A stretch of DNA of 64,000 nt from Clostridia bacterium (lineage in GTDB: Bacteria; Bacillota; Clostridia; JAAYHZ01): the NCBI GenBank assembly GCA_050950825.1, contig JBMNIH010000007.1, positions 187,971 through 251,970 on the forward strand, in the 5' to 3' direction. A program made the translations under genes and the position numbers. Every line of letters starts with the position of its first letter. Within the stretch, counting starts at the first letter, position 1. Below, piece after piece: positions 12,162 through 22,066 of the stretch. The notes beneath the pieces are model-generated. The model was not told the origin of the DNA, did no database searches, and saw only the letters and a list, made by a program, of their open reading frames with translations.

Positions 12162-13643
12162 ATGAATAAATATATTCTATCGCTGGACCAAGGAACCACC
12201 GCTTGCCGGTCGGTGATTTTTGACTTAAACGGCCGATTCGTTGCCATCTCCAAAAAGGAATTCAGGCAGATCTATCCGAAACCCGGGTGGGTGGAACACG
12301 ACCCGATGGAGATATTGGAAACCCAACTGGAAACCGTAAGAGAAGCGGTAAAATCGGCAGGTATCGAATTTGATCAAATAATGTCCATCGGAATCACCAA
12401 CCAAAGGGAAACGACGATCGTATGGGACAAGGATACGGGAAAACCCGTATACAACGCCATTGTATGGCAGTGCAGGCGAACCGCCGACATCTGCCGGCAA
12501 ATGCTGGCATCCGGTATGGAAGAATATATCCGAAACAATACCGGGTTGGTGATCGATGCCTATTTCAGCGCCACCAAGCTTAAATGGATCTTGGATAACG
12601 TACCGGGAGCAAGAGAAAAAGCTCTTTCGGGAAAGCTTTTATTCGGTACGGTGGATACTTGGCTTTTATGGAACTTATCTTCCGGTAAATGCCACATGAC
12701 CGATTATTCCAACGCTTCGAGAACCATGATGTACAACATCAAGAAGCTGCAATGGGACAAGGACATATTAAAAGAATTGGACATTCCGGAAAGCATGCTG
12801 CCCTCCGTTCACCCCTCTTCTTACGCTTACGGCAGTACGAAAAAAGAGCTATTCGGCGTATCCATACCCGTAGGAGGCATAGCGGGAGACCAGCAGGCCG
12901 CTTTGTTCGGACAAACCTGTTTTTGCGAGGGAGAGATCAAAAACACTTACGGTACCGGCTGCTTTATTCTCATGAATACCGGTAAAAAACCGGTGGTCTC
13001 TCAAAACGGTTTAATTACGACTCTTTGCGCTACCGACGGAGAAATCCAATACGCATTGGAAGGAAGCATCTTTACCGCGGGATCGGTAATCAAATGGCTT
13101 CGAGACCGGTTAGGCATTATATCAACCGCCGAGGAAAGTGAAAAAATGGCGAAGGAAGTAAAGGATACTAACGGCGTCGTGTTTGTACCGGCTTTCGTGG
13201 GCTTGGGTACCCCGTATTGGGATATGGGAGCAAGAGGAACCATCGTAGGCATTACGGAGGGCGTTAACAAAAACCATATCGTAAGAGCCGCATTGGAGTC
13301 CATTGCATGGCAGTCCGTGGATGTGATCCGATTGATGGAGAAGGAGGCAGGCGTTCAAATCCCCAAATTGAGAGTGGACGGCGGGGCCAGCGCCAATGAT
13401 TTTCTTATGCAGTTCCAAGCGGACACGGCTTCCGTAACCGTGGAACGACCCCTTATACGGGAAACCACCGCTTTAGGAGCGGCATACCTGGCAGGATTAA
13501 GTGCGGGAGCATACGATAAAGACAAGATTTGCACCGCTTGGGAAGCGGATGCCGTATTTACGCCGAAAAGATCCCGTTTGGAGGTCGAACGGGAATATGT
13601 ACAATGGAAAAAAGCCGTATCAAGGGCAACGGGGTGGTGTTAA
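12162..13643 (+). CDS. glpK: Glycerol kinase
   Basis: 'YILSLDQGTTACRSVIF', 'ITNQRETT' and 'GDQQAALFGQ' are present. RBS 'gagaggga' precedes the ATG at 12162 (the ORF is open from 12141). Confidence 0.95.
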   Translation: MNKYILSLDQGTTACRSVIFDLNGRFVAISKKEFRQIYPKPGWVEHDPMEILETQLETVREAVKSAGIEFDQIMSIGITNQRETTIVWDKDTGKPVYNAIVWQCRRTADICRQMLASGMEEYIRNNTGLVIDAYFSATKLKWILDNVPGAREKALSGKLLFGTVDTWLLWNLSSGKCHMTDYSNASRTMMYNIKKLQWDKDILKELDIPESMLPSVHPSSYAYGSTKKELFGVSIPVGGIAGDQQAALFGQTCFCEGEIKNTYGTGCFILMNTGKKPVVSQNGLITTLCATDGEIQYALEGSIFTAGSVIKWLRDRLGIISTAEESEKMAKEVKDTNGVVFVPAFVGLGTPYWDMGARGTIVGITEGVNKNHIVRAALESIAWQSVDVIRLMEKEAGVQIPKLRVDGGASANDFLMQFQADTASVTVERPLIRETTALGAAYLAGLSAGAYDKDKICTAWEADAVFTPKRSRLEVEREYVQWKKAVSRATGWC

Positions 13644-13646
13644 AGC

Positions 13647-14342
13647 TTGAAAAAAATAATAAAGACCTTCTTGGTCCTTCTCATGACGGTATCCGGTATT
13701 GTTGCGATTCTTCTTTTGACGCTCCGGCTTTACGCTTACAACGTATCTTGGTATACGAGCCGTATGGACAAGCTGGGTGTCAGCTTGGAGACGGGTATGA
13801 GCATAGAAGACATTGAGAGGATTAATGTAAAGCTTACGGACTATTTAAAAGGAAAAACCGACGATATTCGCATAACGGCAAAGGTATACGGGGTCGAAAG
13901 AGAAGTATTCAATGAAAAAGAAAAGGCGCATATGGTTGACGTACGTAAGCTTTTTGACCTGGTACGCATCCTGACTCCCTTATCCATCGTTCTTTTTGTA
14001 TTATCCGCCTTTGCTTTGGCAAAGGGATACGGCAAAAAGCTGTTTTACAAAGGGTTTCTTTTCATCGGCATTGTACCTTTTGCATTAATGGTTGTTCCGG
14101 TTATAGCCGCCTTCATTGACTTTCACGGCGTGTTTACGATTTTCCATGAGATTTTCTTTACCAACGAGTTGTGGATATTGGACCCGAGAACCGATATTTT
14201 AATTCAAATGATGCCCCAACCCTTTTTTGAAAGCACCGCACTTGCTTGGGGGATATCGGCGGGATTTTTCTTCATCCTCTTTGCCGTTGTCGGGATTACG
14301 GGGCTTTTGAAGTTAAAAGGGAAAAAGAAAAACATCCGATAA
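13647..14342 (+). CDS. TIGR01906/DUF1461-like integral membrane protein
   Basis: 231 aa with an N-terminal TM helix, a C-terminal TM cluster and 'FHEIFFTNELWILDPRTDILIQMMPQPFF'. Confidence 0.5.
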   Translation: MKKIIKTFLVLLMTVSGIVAILLLTLRLYAYNVSWYTSRMDKLGVSLETGMSIEDIERINVKLTDYLKGKTDDIRITAKVYGVEREVFNEKEKAHMVDVRKLFDLVRILTPLSIVLFVLSAFALAKGYGKKLFYKGFLFIGIVPFALMVVPVIAAFIDFHGVFTIFHEIFFTNELWILDPRTDILIQMMPQPFFESTALAWGISAGFFFILFAVVGITGLLKLKGKKKNIR

Positions 14343-14453
14343 CGGGAGGTCCGGAAGGAGAAAGCAAAGTTCATGTACAAACCCTTTCCTCTCTGTGCTA
14401 TAATGAGAGATGATGGTCTTCTTGATATCAATGGGTGATAGGAGTGAAACCGT

Positions 14454-15401
14454 ATGTATTATTTGGGTATTGATGTAGGAGGTATGTCCGTCAAGGTCGG
14501 TATCGTCGACGAGAAGGGCAACATTTTATTGAAAGACAAGTTCGAGACCGGAAGAGATCGAAGCTATGAAGAAATCATTCGGGATATTGGCGAGTTTTCC
14601 GTAAAGATGATTGAAAAGTCCGGAGTCGGCATGGAAAACATTAAAAGCGTCGGTATCGGTATTCCCGGAACGCCGGACTGTAAAAACGGCCTGTTGGTTT
14701 ATGCCAACAACTTAAGTTTTCGTAATGCCCCCTTCCGCGCAGACTTGAAGAAATACTTCGACTGCCCCATATACATTGACAACGACGCCAACGTAGCGGC
14801 GTTAGCGGAAGCCGTTGCGGGGGTTTGTAAGGGTGTTTCCGTTTCCATGACCATAACCTTAGGAACCGGTATCGGAAGCGGTTTGGTTATCGACGGTAAG
14901 ATCTTTGGCGGCTTTAACTACGCGGCCCCTGAGATCGGCCACATGGTCATCGTTCAGGACGGATACCCTTGTACCTGCGGTCGATACGGCTGTTGGGAAG
15001 CGTACGCTTCGGCGACCGGCTTGATTCGTATGACGAGAGAATACGCACAAAGATTCCCGGATTCCGAAATCCACCGCATTTGCGGCGGAGATTTATCAAA
15101 GGTAGACGCTCGTACGGCTTTCAAGGCGAAAAGAGCGGGAGATTTTGCGGCCAAGCTGGTTATTCAAGACTTTACAAAGTATTTGGCTACCGGAATCGTA
15201 AACTTAATCAACCTTTTCCAACCGGAAGTGTTGGCCGTAGGAGGCGGTCTTTCTCATGAGGGAGACTATTTAATGGACGATGTGAAGAAGATTGTGTACA
15301 GTGAAATTTACAGCAAGGACCCTGTACCTCAATGCCGAATTGAGTACGCGAAGATGGGAAATGACGCCGGTATTGTCGGTGCGGCATTCCTCGGACTCTA
15401 A
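14454..15401 (+). CDS. glcK: ROK-family glucokinase
   Basis: 'GIDVGGMSVKVG', 'DNDANVAALAE' and the zinc motif 'CTCGRYGCWE' are present. Confidence 0.8.
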   Translation: MYYLGIDVGGMSVKVGIVDEKGNILLKDKFETGRDRSYEEIIRDIGEFSVKMIEKSGVGMENIKSVGIGIPGTPDCKNGLLVYANNLSFRNAPFRADLKKYFDCPIYIDNDANVAALAEAVAGVCKGVSVSMTITLGTGIGSGLVIDGKIFGGFNYAAPEIGHMVIVQDGYPCTCGRYGCWEAYASATGLIRMTREYAQRFPDSEIHRICGGDLSKVDARTAFKAKRAGDFAAKLVIQDFTKYLATGIVNLINLFQPEVLAVGGGLSHEGDYLMDDVKKIVYSEIYSKDPVPQCRIEYAKMGNDAGIVGAAFLGL

Positions 15402-15456
15402 AAACGTGGTAAAATAAATATCAATAAAATATAAGCATAACAAACGGAGGTAATTT

Positions 15457-16854
15457 ATGTCCATAAAGTTACTGGGAAATCCAAAGGTTTTACCGCCGCT
15501 GGACCCGAATTTCAAACCTGTGATTTTAGAAAAAATCGCCTATGAAAAGCTGGTGAAAGAAAGCGGAAAAGAAGCCGTTTTAAAGATCGCCGTTGAAAGA
15601 AGCGGCGGAATGATTTCGGTAAAGGAAATCACCGTATTTGCAGATGACGCCCAATATGCCGATTTCTCCTGTTTCTATGCCGAACGCTACGTAAAAACAC
15701 TCCTGTGGGTTATGGGAGGTTTTAAAGTATATTTGTCCGGCCCGAGATATATATGCGATTATGTGAAGAAAGCCTTTGTTTTAGGCGGGTTGAGAGATTT
15801 TGACGTTAAAACCATGAGCCGCATCTACGAAAAACCTTTTGAGGTTGTTGTAGTGGAAGACAAAGATTTTCCGGAAGCAAAGGAACAATCCATCCCGGTA
15901 GGAAGACACTTGAACGGATGCCGTATCGGGTTTGATGCCGGCGGAAGCGATCGTAAGGTATCCGCCGTAATCGATGGGGAAGCGGTTTACAGCGAAGAAG
16001 TCATTTGGTACCCGAAAATACAGTCGGATCCGGATTACCATTTCAATGAAATCGTCAGCGCTTTTAAAGCCGCCGCCGCTCATATGCCCCGCGTAGACGG
16101 TATCGGAGTCAGTGCAGCCGGCGTGTATGTAAACAACAGAGCCATGATCGCATCCTTGTTTATTAAAGTGCCGGATGATTTGTTCGAAAAGAAGGTAAAG
16201 GATATCTTCTTAAGAGCTGCGAAGGAAATCGGAGATGTGCCCATTGAAGTGGCCAACGACGGCGACGTTACCGCCTTAGCCGGAGCCATGAGCTTGGAGG
16301 ACGACTGTGTTCTGGGTATTGCCATGGGTACCAGCGAAGCCGGCGGATATGTAAACGAACAAGGCTCGTTAACCGGCTGGCTGAACGAATTGGCCTTCGT
16401 TCCCGTGGACTTTTGCCAAGACGCTGCCGTTGACGAATGGTCCGGCGATTTCGGTTGCGGAGTGAAATATTTCTCCCAAGACGGAGTCATTAAATTGGCT
16501 CCCGCAGCGAATATTAAGCTGGACGGAAGCTTAAGCCCGGCGGAAAAGCTGAAGATTGTTCAAGAAGAGCTGGCAAAAGGAAACAAGGAAGCCGAAAAAA
16601 TCTTCGAAAGCATCGGCGTATATTTAGGATATGCCGTGGCATATTACGCGGAATTCTACAAAATAAAGCACGTTCTGGTGTTAGGAAGAGTCACCTCCGG
16701 AAAAGGCGGAGATTTGATTATCTCCAATGCAAAGAAAGTGTTGGAATTGGAATTCCCCGAGCTAGCAAGCAAAATGGAACTGCAATTGCCGGATGAAAAA
16801 TCCAGAAGAGTAGGACAATCCATTGCGGCCGCAAGCTTGCCGAACATTGAATAA
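15457..16854 (+). CDS. ROK-like sugar kinase-fold protein with an N-terminal extension
   Basis: 'GFDAGGSDRKVS' and 'ANDGDVTALAGA' are actin-fold ATPase/ROK motifs. Function unknown. Confidence 0.5.
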   Translation: MSIKLLGNPKVLPPLDPNFKPVILEKIAYEKLVKESGKEAVLKIAVERSGGMISVKEITVFADDAQYADFSCFYAERYVKTLLWVMGGFKVYLSGPRYICDYVKKAFVLGGLRDFDVKTMSRIYEKPFEVVVVEDKDFPEAKEQSIPVGRHLNGCRIGFDAGGSDRKVSAVIDGEAVYSEEVIWYPKIQSDPDYHFNEIVSAFKAAAAHMPRVDGIGVSAAGVYVNNRAMIASLFIKVPDDLFEKKVKDIFLRAAKEIGDVPIEVANDGDVTALAGAMSLEDDCVLGIAMGTSEAGGYVNEQGSLTGWLNELAFVPVDFCQDAAVDEWSGDFGCGVKYFSQDGVIKLAPAANIKLDGSLSPAEKLKIVQEELAKGNKEAEKIFESIGVYLGYAVAYYAEFYKIKHVLVLGRVTSGKGGDLIISNAKKVLELEFPELASKMELQLPDEKSRRVGQSIAAASLPNIE

Positions 16855-16902
16855 ATATGGGAAACCATATTCGAATTTTCGATAAAGGAAGTGTGAAACA
16901 AG

Positions 16903-17751
16903 ATGAAGCTATATAACGAAAGTGCGGAATTTTTTGTACCGGACGGGAAAAGCGTAGAAGAAGCATTGAAGAGAACTACCCATATGGGGATTTCCGCTCA
17001 TCAAGACGACATTGAAATCATGGCGTATGACGGAATATTGGAATGCTTCGGAAAAGACGACAAATGGTTTTTCGGAGTCGTGGTAACCAACGGAGCCGGA
17101 AGCCCGAGAGCCGACTTGTATGAAAAATACACCGACGAAGACATGATCATTGTCAGAAAGAAGGAGCAAAAAAAGGCCGCCTTCATAGGCGAATATTCCG
17201 GAGTAGCCCTTTTGGACTACACCAGCTCCCAAGTCAAGGACGCGAATAACGAAAAGCCGGTAGACGAATTGGAAGCACTGCTTCGCAAGGCCGCTCCGAA
17301 GGTTGTTTATACCCATAACTTGGCGGACAAACACGATACCCATGTAGGGGTAACCTTAAAGGTTATCAAAGCCATTCGCCGACTGCCTAAAGAATTAAGG
17401 CCGGAAAAGCTGTACGGCTGCGAAGTGTGGAGAAATTTAGACTGGATGTTGGATGAAGACAAGGTTTCATTCAATGTCAGCGGCCATCCGAATATTGCCT
17501 CCGCTTTAGTGGAAATACACGATTCCCAAGTATGCGGCGGAAAACGGTACGATTTGGCTACCATGGGCAGAAGAAAAGCTCATGCCACCTATGCCGCTTC
17601 TCACGGAACCGACGATGCCGAATACTTGATCTTCGGTATGGATTTGACCCCGTTGATTCAAGACGATTCCTTGGATGTTCTTGAGTATGTCCAAAGCTAC
17701 ATCAACCGCTTTGCAAACGATGTGGCAAGCAAGATAAAGAAAATGTCATGA
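16903..17751 (+). CDS. PIG-L/LmbE-family deacetylase (tentative)
   Basis: 'ISAHQDDIEIMA' resembles the PIG-L (A/P)HPDDE motif. 282 aa. Confidence 0.55.
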   Translation: MKLYNESAEFFVPDGKSVEEALKRTTHMGISAHQDDIEIMAYDGILECFGKDDKWFFGVVVTNGAGSPRADLYEKYTDEDMIIVRKKEQKKAAFIGEYSGVALLDYTSSQVKDANNEKPVDELEALLRKAAPKVVYTHNLADKHDTHVGVTLKVIKAIRRLPKELRPEKLYGCEVWRNLDWMLDEDKVSFNVSGHPNIASALVEIHDSQVCGGKRYDLATMGRRKAHATYAASHGTDDAEYLIFGMDLTPLIQDDSLDVLEYVQSYINRFANDVASKIKKMS

Positions 17752-18485
17752 CCAATATTAAGCTCGTTATAGCCTATGACGGGACGAATTATCACGGATG
17801 GCAGAGCCAGGCCAATGCAGTTACCGTGCAGGACACCTTGGTCTCTGCCATTTATCGTGGAATAGGGGAAAAGCCGATATTGATCGGAAGCGGCCGAACG
17901 GATGCCGGTGTCCATGCCATAGCGCAAGTAGCCAACTTTCACACCGAGTCCGATGTACCGCCGGATAAAATGAAATACGTTATCAATGCCTATTTGCCCA
18001 ACGATATTCATGTTATGGATTCGTCCCAAGTCCCCGACGATTTTCATGCCCAATTCAGTGCGGTAAGAAAAGAATATATGTACAAGATTCTCAATGCTCC
18101 CGATCCTTCGGTGTTTCATACCAATTACGCGTATTGGGTAGGCCGAAGGCTGTCCTTTGAAGATATGGCTTGTGCCTGCAAGGACTTTTTAGGAGAGCAT
18201 GATTTTTCGGCGTTTTGCGCCACGGGAAGCAAGGTTACGGATTTCACCCGCCGAATTTTTCGTTCGGAGCTTGAAAAGGACGGGGATTTTATTATCTATA
18301 CCGTCCAAGGAAGCGGCTTTTTGTACAACATGGTTCGTATTATCATAGGGACATTAATTGAAATCGGGATGGGGAAAATACCGAAGGACGCCATACCCTC
18401 TATTATTAAAGGTAAAGACCGAAGAAAAGCCGGACGAACGGCACCTCCTCAAGGATTGTACTTGAAAAACGTATATTATGAATAA
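17748..18485 (+). CDS. truA: tRNA pseudouridine(38-40) synthase
   Basis: 'IAYDGTNYHGWQSQ', 'GSGRTDAGVHA' and 'FLYNMVRIIIGTL' are present. Confidence 0.95.
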   Translation: MTNIKLVIAYDGTNYHGWQSQANAVTVQDTLVSAIYRGIGEKPILIGSGRTDAGVHAIAQVANFHTESDVPPDKMKYVINAYLPNDIHVMDSSQVPDDFHAQFSAVRKEYMYKILNAPDPSVFHTNYAYWVGRRLSFEDMACACKDFLGEHDFSAFCATGSKVTDFTRRIFRSELEKDGDFIIYTVQGSGFLYNMVRIIIGTLIEIGMGKIPKDAIPSIIKGKDRRKAGRTAPPQGLYLKNVYYE

Positions 18486-18583
18486 TAAATTGGGATGACG
18501 CACGATTAAACGAGAGAATACGAGAACTATTCTTTAAAAAACGAAGTATTCGGAAGGTAAATTAAATTTTTAAAAATATACCC

Positions 18584-18612
18584 TTGACACGGAATAATCC
18601 ATATATTAAAAT
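18584..18612 (+). promoter_or_regulatory. Promoter of the rplM-rpsI operon
   Basis: 'ttgaca', a 17-nt spacer, then 'taaaat'. Confidence 0.65.
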
Positions 18613-18660
18613 ACATGAGTGTCCTCGGGCGGGGAGACTAAAATTGATAAGACACCTTGA
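18613..18660 (+). promoter_or_regulatory. Structured 5' leader of rplM (candidate ribosomal protein L13 leader)
   Basis: Helix 'gtgtc...gacac' encloses a 'ctcgggcggggagac' element just before the RBS 'aggagg'. L13 leaders are known in Firmicutes. No covariance model was run. Confidence 0.4.
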
Positions 18661-18674
18661 AGGAGGTTAGATAT

Positions 18675-19103
18675 ATGAAGTCCTACATGGCAAAAGCAGA
18701 AAACATCGAACGCAAGTGGTACGTCATCGATGCGGAAGGCAAGGTATTAGGTAGATTGGCTTCGGAAGTCGCTCGAATTTTAATCGGTAAACATAAACCT
18801 GAATATACTCCTCATGTAGATACCGGTGATTATGTCATCGTTATCAATGCGGACAAGATCCAATTGACCGGCAAGAAGTGGGATCAAAAGACCCATAACT
18901 ATTTTACGGGGTATGTTGGCGGTTATAAAGAAGTGTCCTACAAGCACTTACTGCAAAAAAATCCCGTTAAGATTATCGAACTTGCCGTAAAAGGCATGCT
19001 TCCTAAAAACGCTTTGGGAAGAAAAATGTATAAGAAGCTGAAGGTTTATGCAGGAAATGAGCATCCTCATCAAGCCCAACAACCTCAACCTTGGGAAATA
19101 TGA
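18675..19103 (+). CDS. rplM: 50S ribosomal protein L13
   Basis: '[17 protein letters not shown]' and '[13 protein letters not shown]' are present. RBS 'aggagg' lies 8 nt upstream of the ATG at 18675. Confidence 0.95.
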   Translation: MKSYMAKAENIERKWYVIDAEGKVLGRLASEVARILIGKHKPEYTPHVDTGDYVIVINADKIQLTGKKWDQKTHNYFTGYVGGYKEVSYKHLLQKNPVKIIELAVKGMLPKNALGRKMYKKLKVYAGNEHPHQAQQPQPWEI

Positions 19104-19122
19104 GAAAGGAGGAGTAGCATAA

Positions 19123-19515
19123 ATGGCTAGTGTACAATATTACGGAACCGGAAGAAGAAAAAAATCGGTAGCACGTGTAAGATTGGTACCGGGAGAAGGA
19201 AACTTTGTAATCAATGAACGTTCCTTAGACGAATATTTCGGATTGGAAACGCTGAAGGTTATCGTTAAACAGCCTTTGGTTTTGACCAATACGCTGGACC
19301 GCTTTGATGTTTTGGTTAACGTAAAAGGAGGCGGTTTCACGGGTCAAGCGGGCGCTATTCGCCACGGTATTGCAAGAGCTTTGCTGGAAGCCGACGAAGC
19401 ATACAGACAGCCTTTGAAAAAAGCCGGTTTCTTGACAAGAGATCCGAGAATGAAGGAAAGAAAGAAATACGGTCTCAAGAAAGCAAGAAGAGCTCCTCAA
19501 TTCTCAAAGAGATAA
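19123..19515 (+). CDS. rpsI: 30S ribosomal protein S9
   Basis: '[14 protein letters not shown]', '[19 protein letters not shown]' and the C-terminal '[12 protein letters not shown]' are present. Confidence 0.95.
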   Translation: MASVQYYGTGRRKKSVARVRLVPGEGNFVINERSLDEYFGLETLKVIVKQPLVLTNTLDRFDVLVNVKGGGFTGQAGAIRHGIARALLEADEAYRQPLKKAGFLTRDPRMKERKKYGLKKARRAPQFSKR

Positions 19516-19528
19516 AAAATTGTTTCAT

Positions 19529-19969
19529 TACACACGAGTTTGTTTACAATTACAAAGTTTGCTTATCGCAAGCGCCAACCGTCAGGGGGGAGAATTCCCT
19601 TTGGCGGTTTTTTGTTGTGTAAAAAAGCATATAAGAATGTATAAATTATTAAATCCGGACGCAGTTTTAATCCCTCGTAAGCCTGTATAATTCGTATGTG
19701 TAGGTGGTTTCGATATTTCCTCCCGTAGGTTATACCCTGCGTATGAATACTCATTACCTTCCACGAGCAAACTTTGTCATTCTTCACTGCTCACGAGCAA
19801 ACTCGCTTGTCATTTTCTCATTTTTTATATCTTTTTTTATATTTTTTAAGGTAATAAAACCCGAGAGCAAACTTTGTCACTACAAGGGAAGAAACAGCGA
19901 GAAGCCTTGCAACAACTACATTTCAACACGAGCAAACTTTGTCACTCCGTGAGCAAACTTATTTGTAAC
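19529..19969. repeat. Cluster of about 18-bp repeats (core AGCAAACTTTGT) at the island border
   Basis: Direct copies lie at 19762-19779, 19792-19812 (variant), 19861-19880, 19927-19945 and 19948-19969 (variant). An inverted copy lies at 19551-19568 and a deleted variant at 19533-19548. Confidence 0.8.
19572..19614 (+). terminator. rpsI terminator
   Basis: 'cgccaa...aggg...ccct...ttggcg' hairpin followed by T7. Confidence 0.7.
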
Positions 19970-20052
19970 TACACATAGTAATAAATAAAAAATGAAATAA
20001 AAATAAGGGTAAATCTCAGAAAAAAATTTCAAATAACCAAACGCCAATATTA

Positions 20053-21444
20053 GATAGTGTCTTGTCAAGTGGTGTAAAATGATTTCTACTTTATCTTCCC
20101 TTCGTTTCATTTATGTAAGATAGCAATCGGAGCTAATGAAAACCCATTAGCCTGTGTAAGCTTTTCCATAGATTCTAAACTGAAGTATCGCCGCCCTACC
20201 TGCCATTCATCGTTCTGCTCCATAAGCATAGTACCTACAAGGCGAATAACGGCATCACGATTAGGAAATATGCATACAACATCAGTCCGACGGCGTATCT
20301 CACGATTAAGCCGTTCCAATGGATTCGTAGAATGAATCTGTATCCAATGCTCACGGGGAAAGGCCATATACGCCAATATATCCTCTTCGGCTGCTTCAAG
20401 GATTTCCATTGCTTTCGGAAAACGCCCCCTCAGTTCATCTACCACATGTCTTAGCTGTTCCCTTGCGGATTCCTGATCATTTTGTGCAAAAATGGTGCGT
20501 ATGATTGAGGAGACCATTCCTTGGCACTTCTTCGGCACTTGGCTTAATACGTTCCGCATAAAATGTACTCGGCATCTTTGCCATGTGCTCCCGGTTAAAA
20601 CCTTCTTTATGGCGGATTTTAACCCCTCATGGGCATCACTTACAACTAACTTCACCCCTTTAAGTCCCCTTGCTACAAGCTTTCTCAGAAACTCTTCCCA
20701 AAAAGCTCCGTCTTCACTCATGCCGACATCAAAACCTAGTATCTCTCGTTCACCGGACTGATTTACACCTACGGCTATTACAAGTGCCATACTGCATACT
20801 CTTCCACCTTCACGAACCTTAGGAAAAGTAGCATCAAGCCAAAGATAAGGGTATTCTCCTTCGAGTATGCGGTTCTTGAACTCGGTGACAAAGCCATCCA
20901 ATTGCTTGCTGATCCCGGAAACTTCGCTTTTATCCATCCCTTTAATTCCGAGAGATTCTACCAACTCATCTACTTTTCTAGTGCTGACACCGTGCACATA
21001 AGCTTCCTGCACCACATTTAATAAAGCTTTTTCTGACATCTTCCGAGGCTCTAATAAACTTGGGAAATAGCTTCCATGCCTCAATTTGGGTATGCTTAAC
21101 TGTAACGTACCAAGGCGAGTATCCCATTCTCTTTGTCGGTATCCATTACGATGATTGTTCCGATTCTCACTTCGTTCATACTTTTCCGCACCGATCATCG
21201 ACGTAACTTCCGCATCCATCAGAGCATTGATTAACAGCGTAAGCGCTTCCTTTAAAAAATCCTTATCTTTTTCAACAACATACTTGCTAAGTTGCTCTAA
21301 AAGTGACATTCTATTTTTAGTAGCCACGGTATGACCTCCTTTACTTTATCTTTTTTGTTTGAATCTAATAAAGTAAAAATCATATCGTGGTTACTCTTGT
21401 CAAGCATACTCCACGAAATTTACACCACTACTTAAGACTATAAC
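20053..21444 (-). mobile_element. IS256-family insertion sequence, copy A (1392 bp)
   Basis: Imperfect terminal IRs: 'GATAGTGTCTTGTCAAGTGGTGTAAAAT' at one end and, reverse-complemented, 'GTTATAGTCTTAAGTAGTGGTGTAAATT' at the other. The same sequence recurs at 46692-48083. Confidence 0.9.
20107..21327 (-). CDS. IS256-family (mutator-type) transposase
   Basis: 406 aa. 'NGYRQREWDTRLGTLQLSIPKLR', 'YLWLDATF' and 'WQRCRVHFMRN' are IS256 transposase hallmarks. Confidence 0.95.
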   Translation of the reverse strand: MATKNRMSLLEQLSKYVVEKDKDFLKEALTLLINALMDAEVTSMIGAEKYERSENRNNHRNGYRQREWDTRLGTLQLSIPKLRHGSYFPSLLEPRKMSEKALLNVVQEAYVHGVSTRKVDELVESLGIKGMDKSEVSGISKQLDGFVTEFKNRILEGEYPYLWLDATFPKVREGGRVCSMALVIAVGVNQSGEREILGFDVGMSEDGAFWEEFLRKLVARGLKGVKLVVSDAHEGLKSAIKKVLTGSTWQRCRVHFMRNVLSQVPKKCQGMVSSIIRTIFAQNDQESAREQLRHVVDELRGRFPKAMEILEAAEEDILAYMAFPREHWIQIHSTNPLERLNREIRRRTDVVCIFPNRDAVIRLVGTMLMEQNDEWQVGRRYFSLESMEKLTQANGFSLAPIAILHK

Positions 21445-21558
21445 TGTAAGCCTGTTAGATAGTGGTTAATAACAGTTAAGAACCATTGTTAGTAGTTATT
21501 ACTGGGTATAAACTGTTAAGGGCTATTAGTGATAATTATTAACTTTCAATATTGGCGG
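21445..21558. repeat. GTTA-rich degenerate repeat tract abutting IS256 copy A
   Basis: Three loosely similar units of about 33-38 bp (TTAGATAGTGGTTAATAAC / TTAGTAGTTATTAC / TTAGTGATAATTATTAAC). 'aatattggcg' at its end is the inverse of 'cgccaatatt' at 20042-20051. Confidence 0.4.
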
Positions 21559-21776
21559 ATATACTGAGATATACTGCCTGCTTAAGCGTAGAGGGAGTTG
21601 ATTTTCCTAATTATTTTATTCGTGCCGAAAAAAATCGCTATAGAGGATGACTATGCTATAAATAAAATAATTAAAAGGAACAAAATCAAAAGAAATAGAA
21701 AGAAATTGATATAAAATCCCAGTAGGCTAATATAGGGCTAAATCAGTATAAATCGGCTAAAATAGACTTTTTTAAA

Positions 21777-21818
21777 ATAACCATTTTGTTTATCAACGTA
21801 CAAAACGGTTATTTTTTT
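21777..21818 (+). terminator. Terminator-like hairpin in the long AT-rich region upstream of brxA
   Basis: 13-bp arms 'ataaccattttgt'/'acaaaacggttat' with one mismatch, followed by T7. Confidence 0.5.
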
Positions 21819-22033
21819 GACTCAATTTTCGATGTGCTCCTAAAATATAATGGAAGATTACATCAATGAAAAATCCTATCAAAAATAAATAAAATAGATT
21901 TAATGAGGAAAAAGGAAGAAAAAAATTGAATAAAGGAGATAAAAAATCTAATCACCTAATAATCGCAGTATATCAAGTTTCTATAAGGGGAGGATTTTAT
22001 ATTAAAGAATTAACTCACAATTAATTCTGGTTT

Positions 22034-22066
22034 TTCAATGCATTTATGATTAAATAGTGGTATAAT
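22034..22066 (+). promoter_or_regulatory. Candidate promoter of the BREX operon
   Basis: -10 'tataat' at 22061-22066 preceded by 'tgg' (an extended -10 TGn arrangement). There is only a weak -35-like 'ttcaat'. Confidence 0.4.

Noticed and set aside
19529-19969. Whether the repeat cluster could be a CRISPR array.
   Set aside because: The repeat is only about 18 bp, the copies are degenerate, one is inverted, and spacing is irregular (21-70 bp). There are no cas genes in the window.
19563-20110. Short ORFs predicted across the repeat region downstream of rpsI (19563-19787, 19582-19770, 19704-19952, 19916-20110).
   Set aside because: They run through the repeated motif copies and the terminator. 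They have no RBS and give low-complexity translations. The region is better explained as non-coding repeat DNA.
19677-21457. The shared 10-mer GTAAGCCTGT at about 19677 and about 21447, as a possible target duplication for IS256 copy A.
   Set aside because: The copies are not adjacent to the IS ends on the left side, and a single 10-mer match is expected by chance many times in 64 kb.
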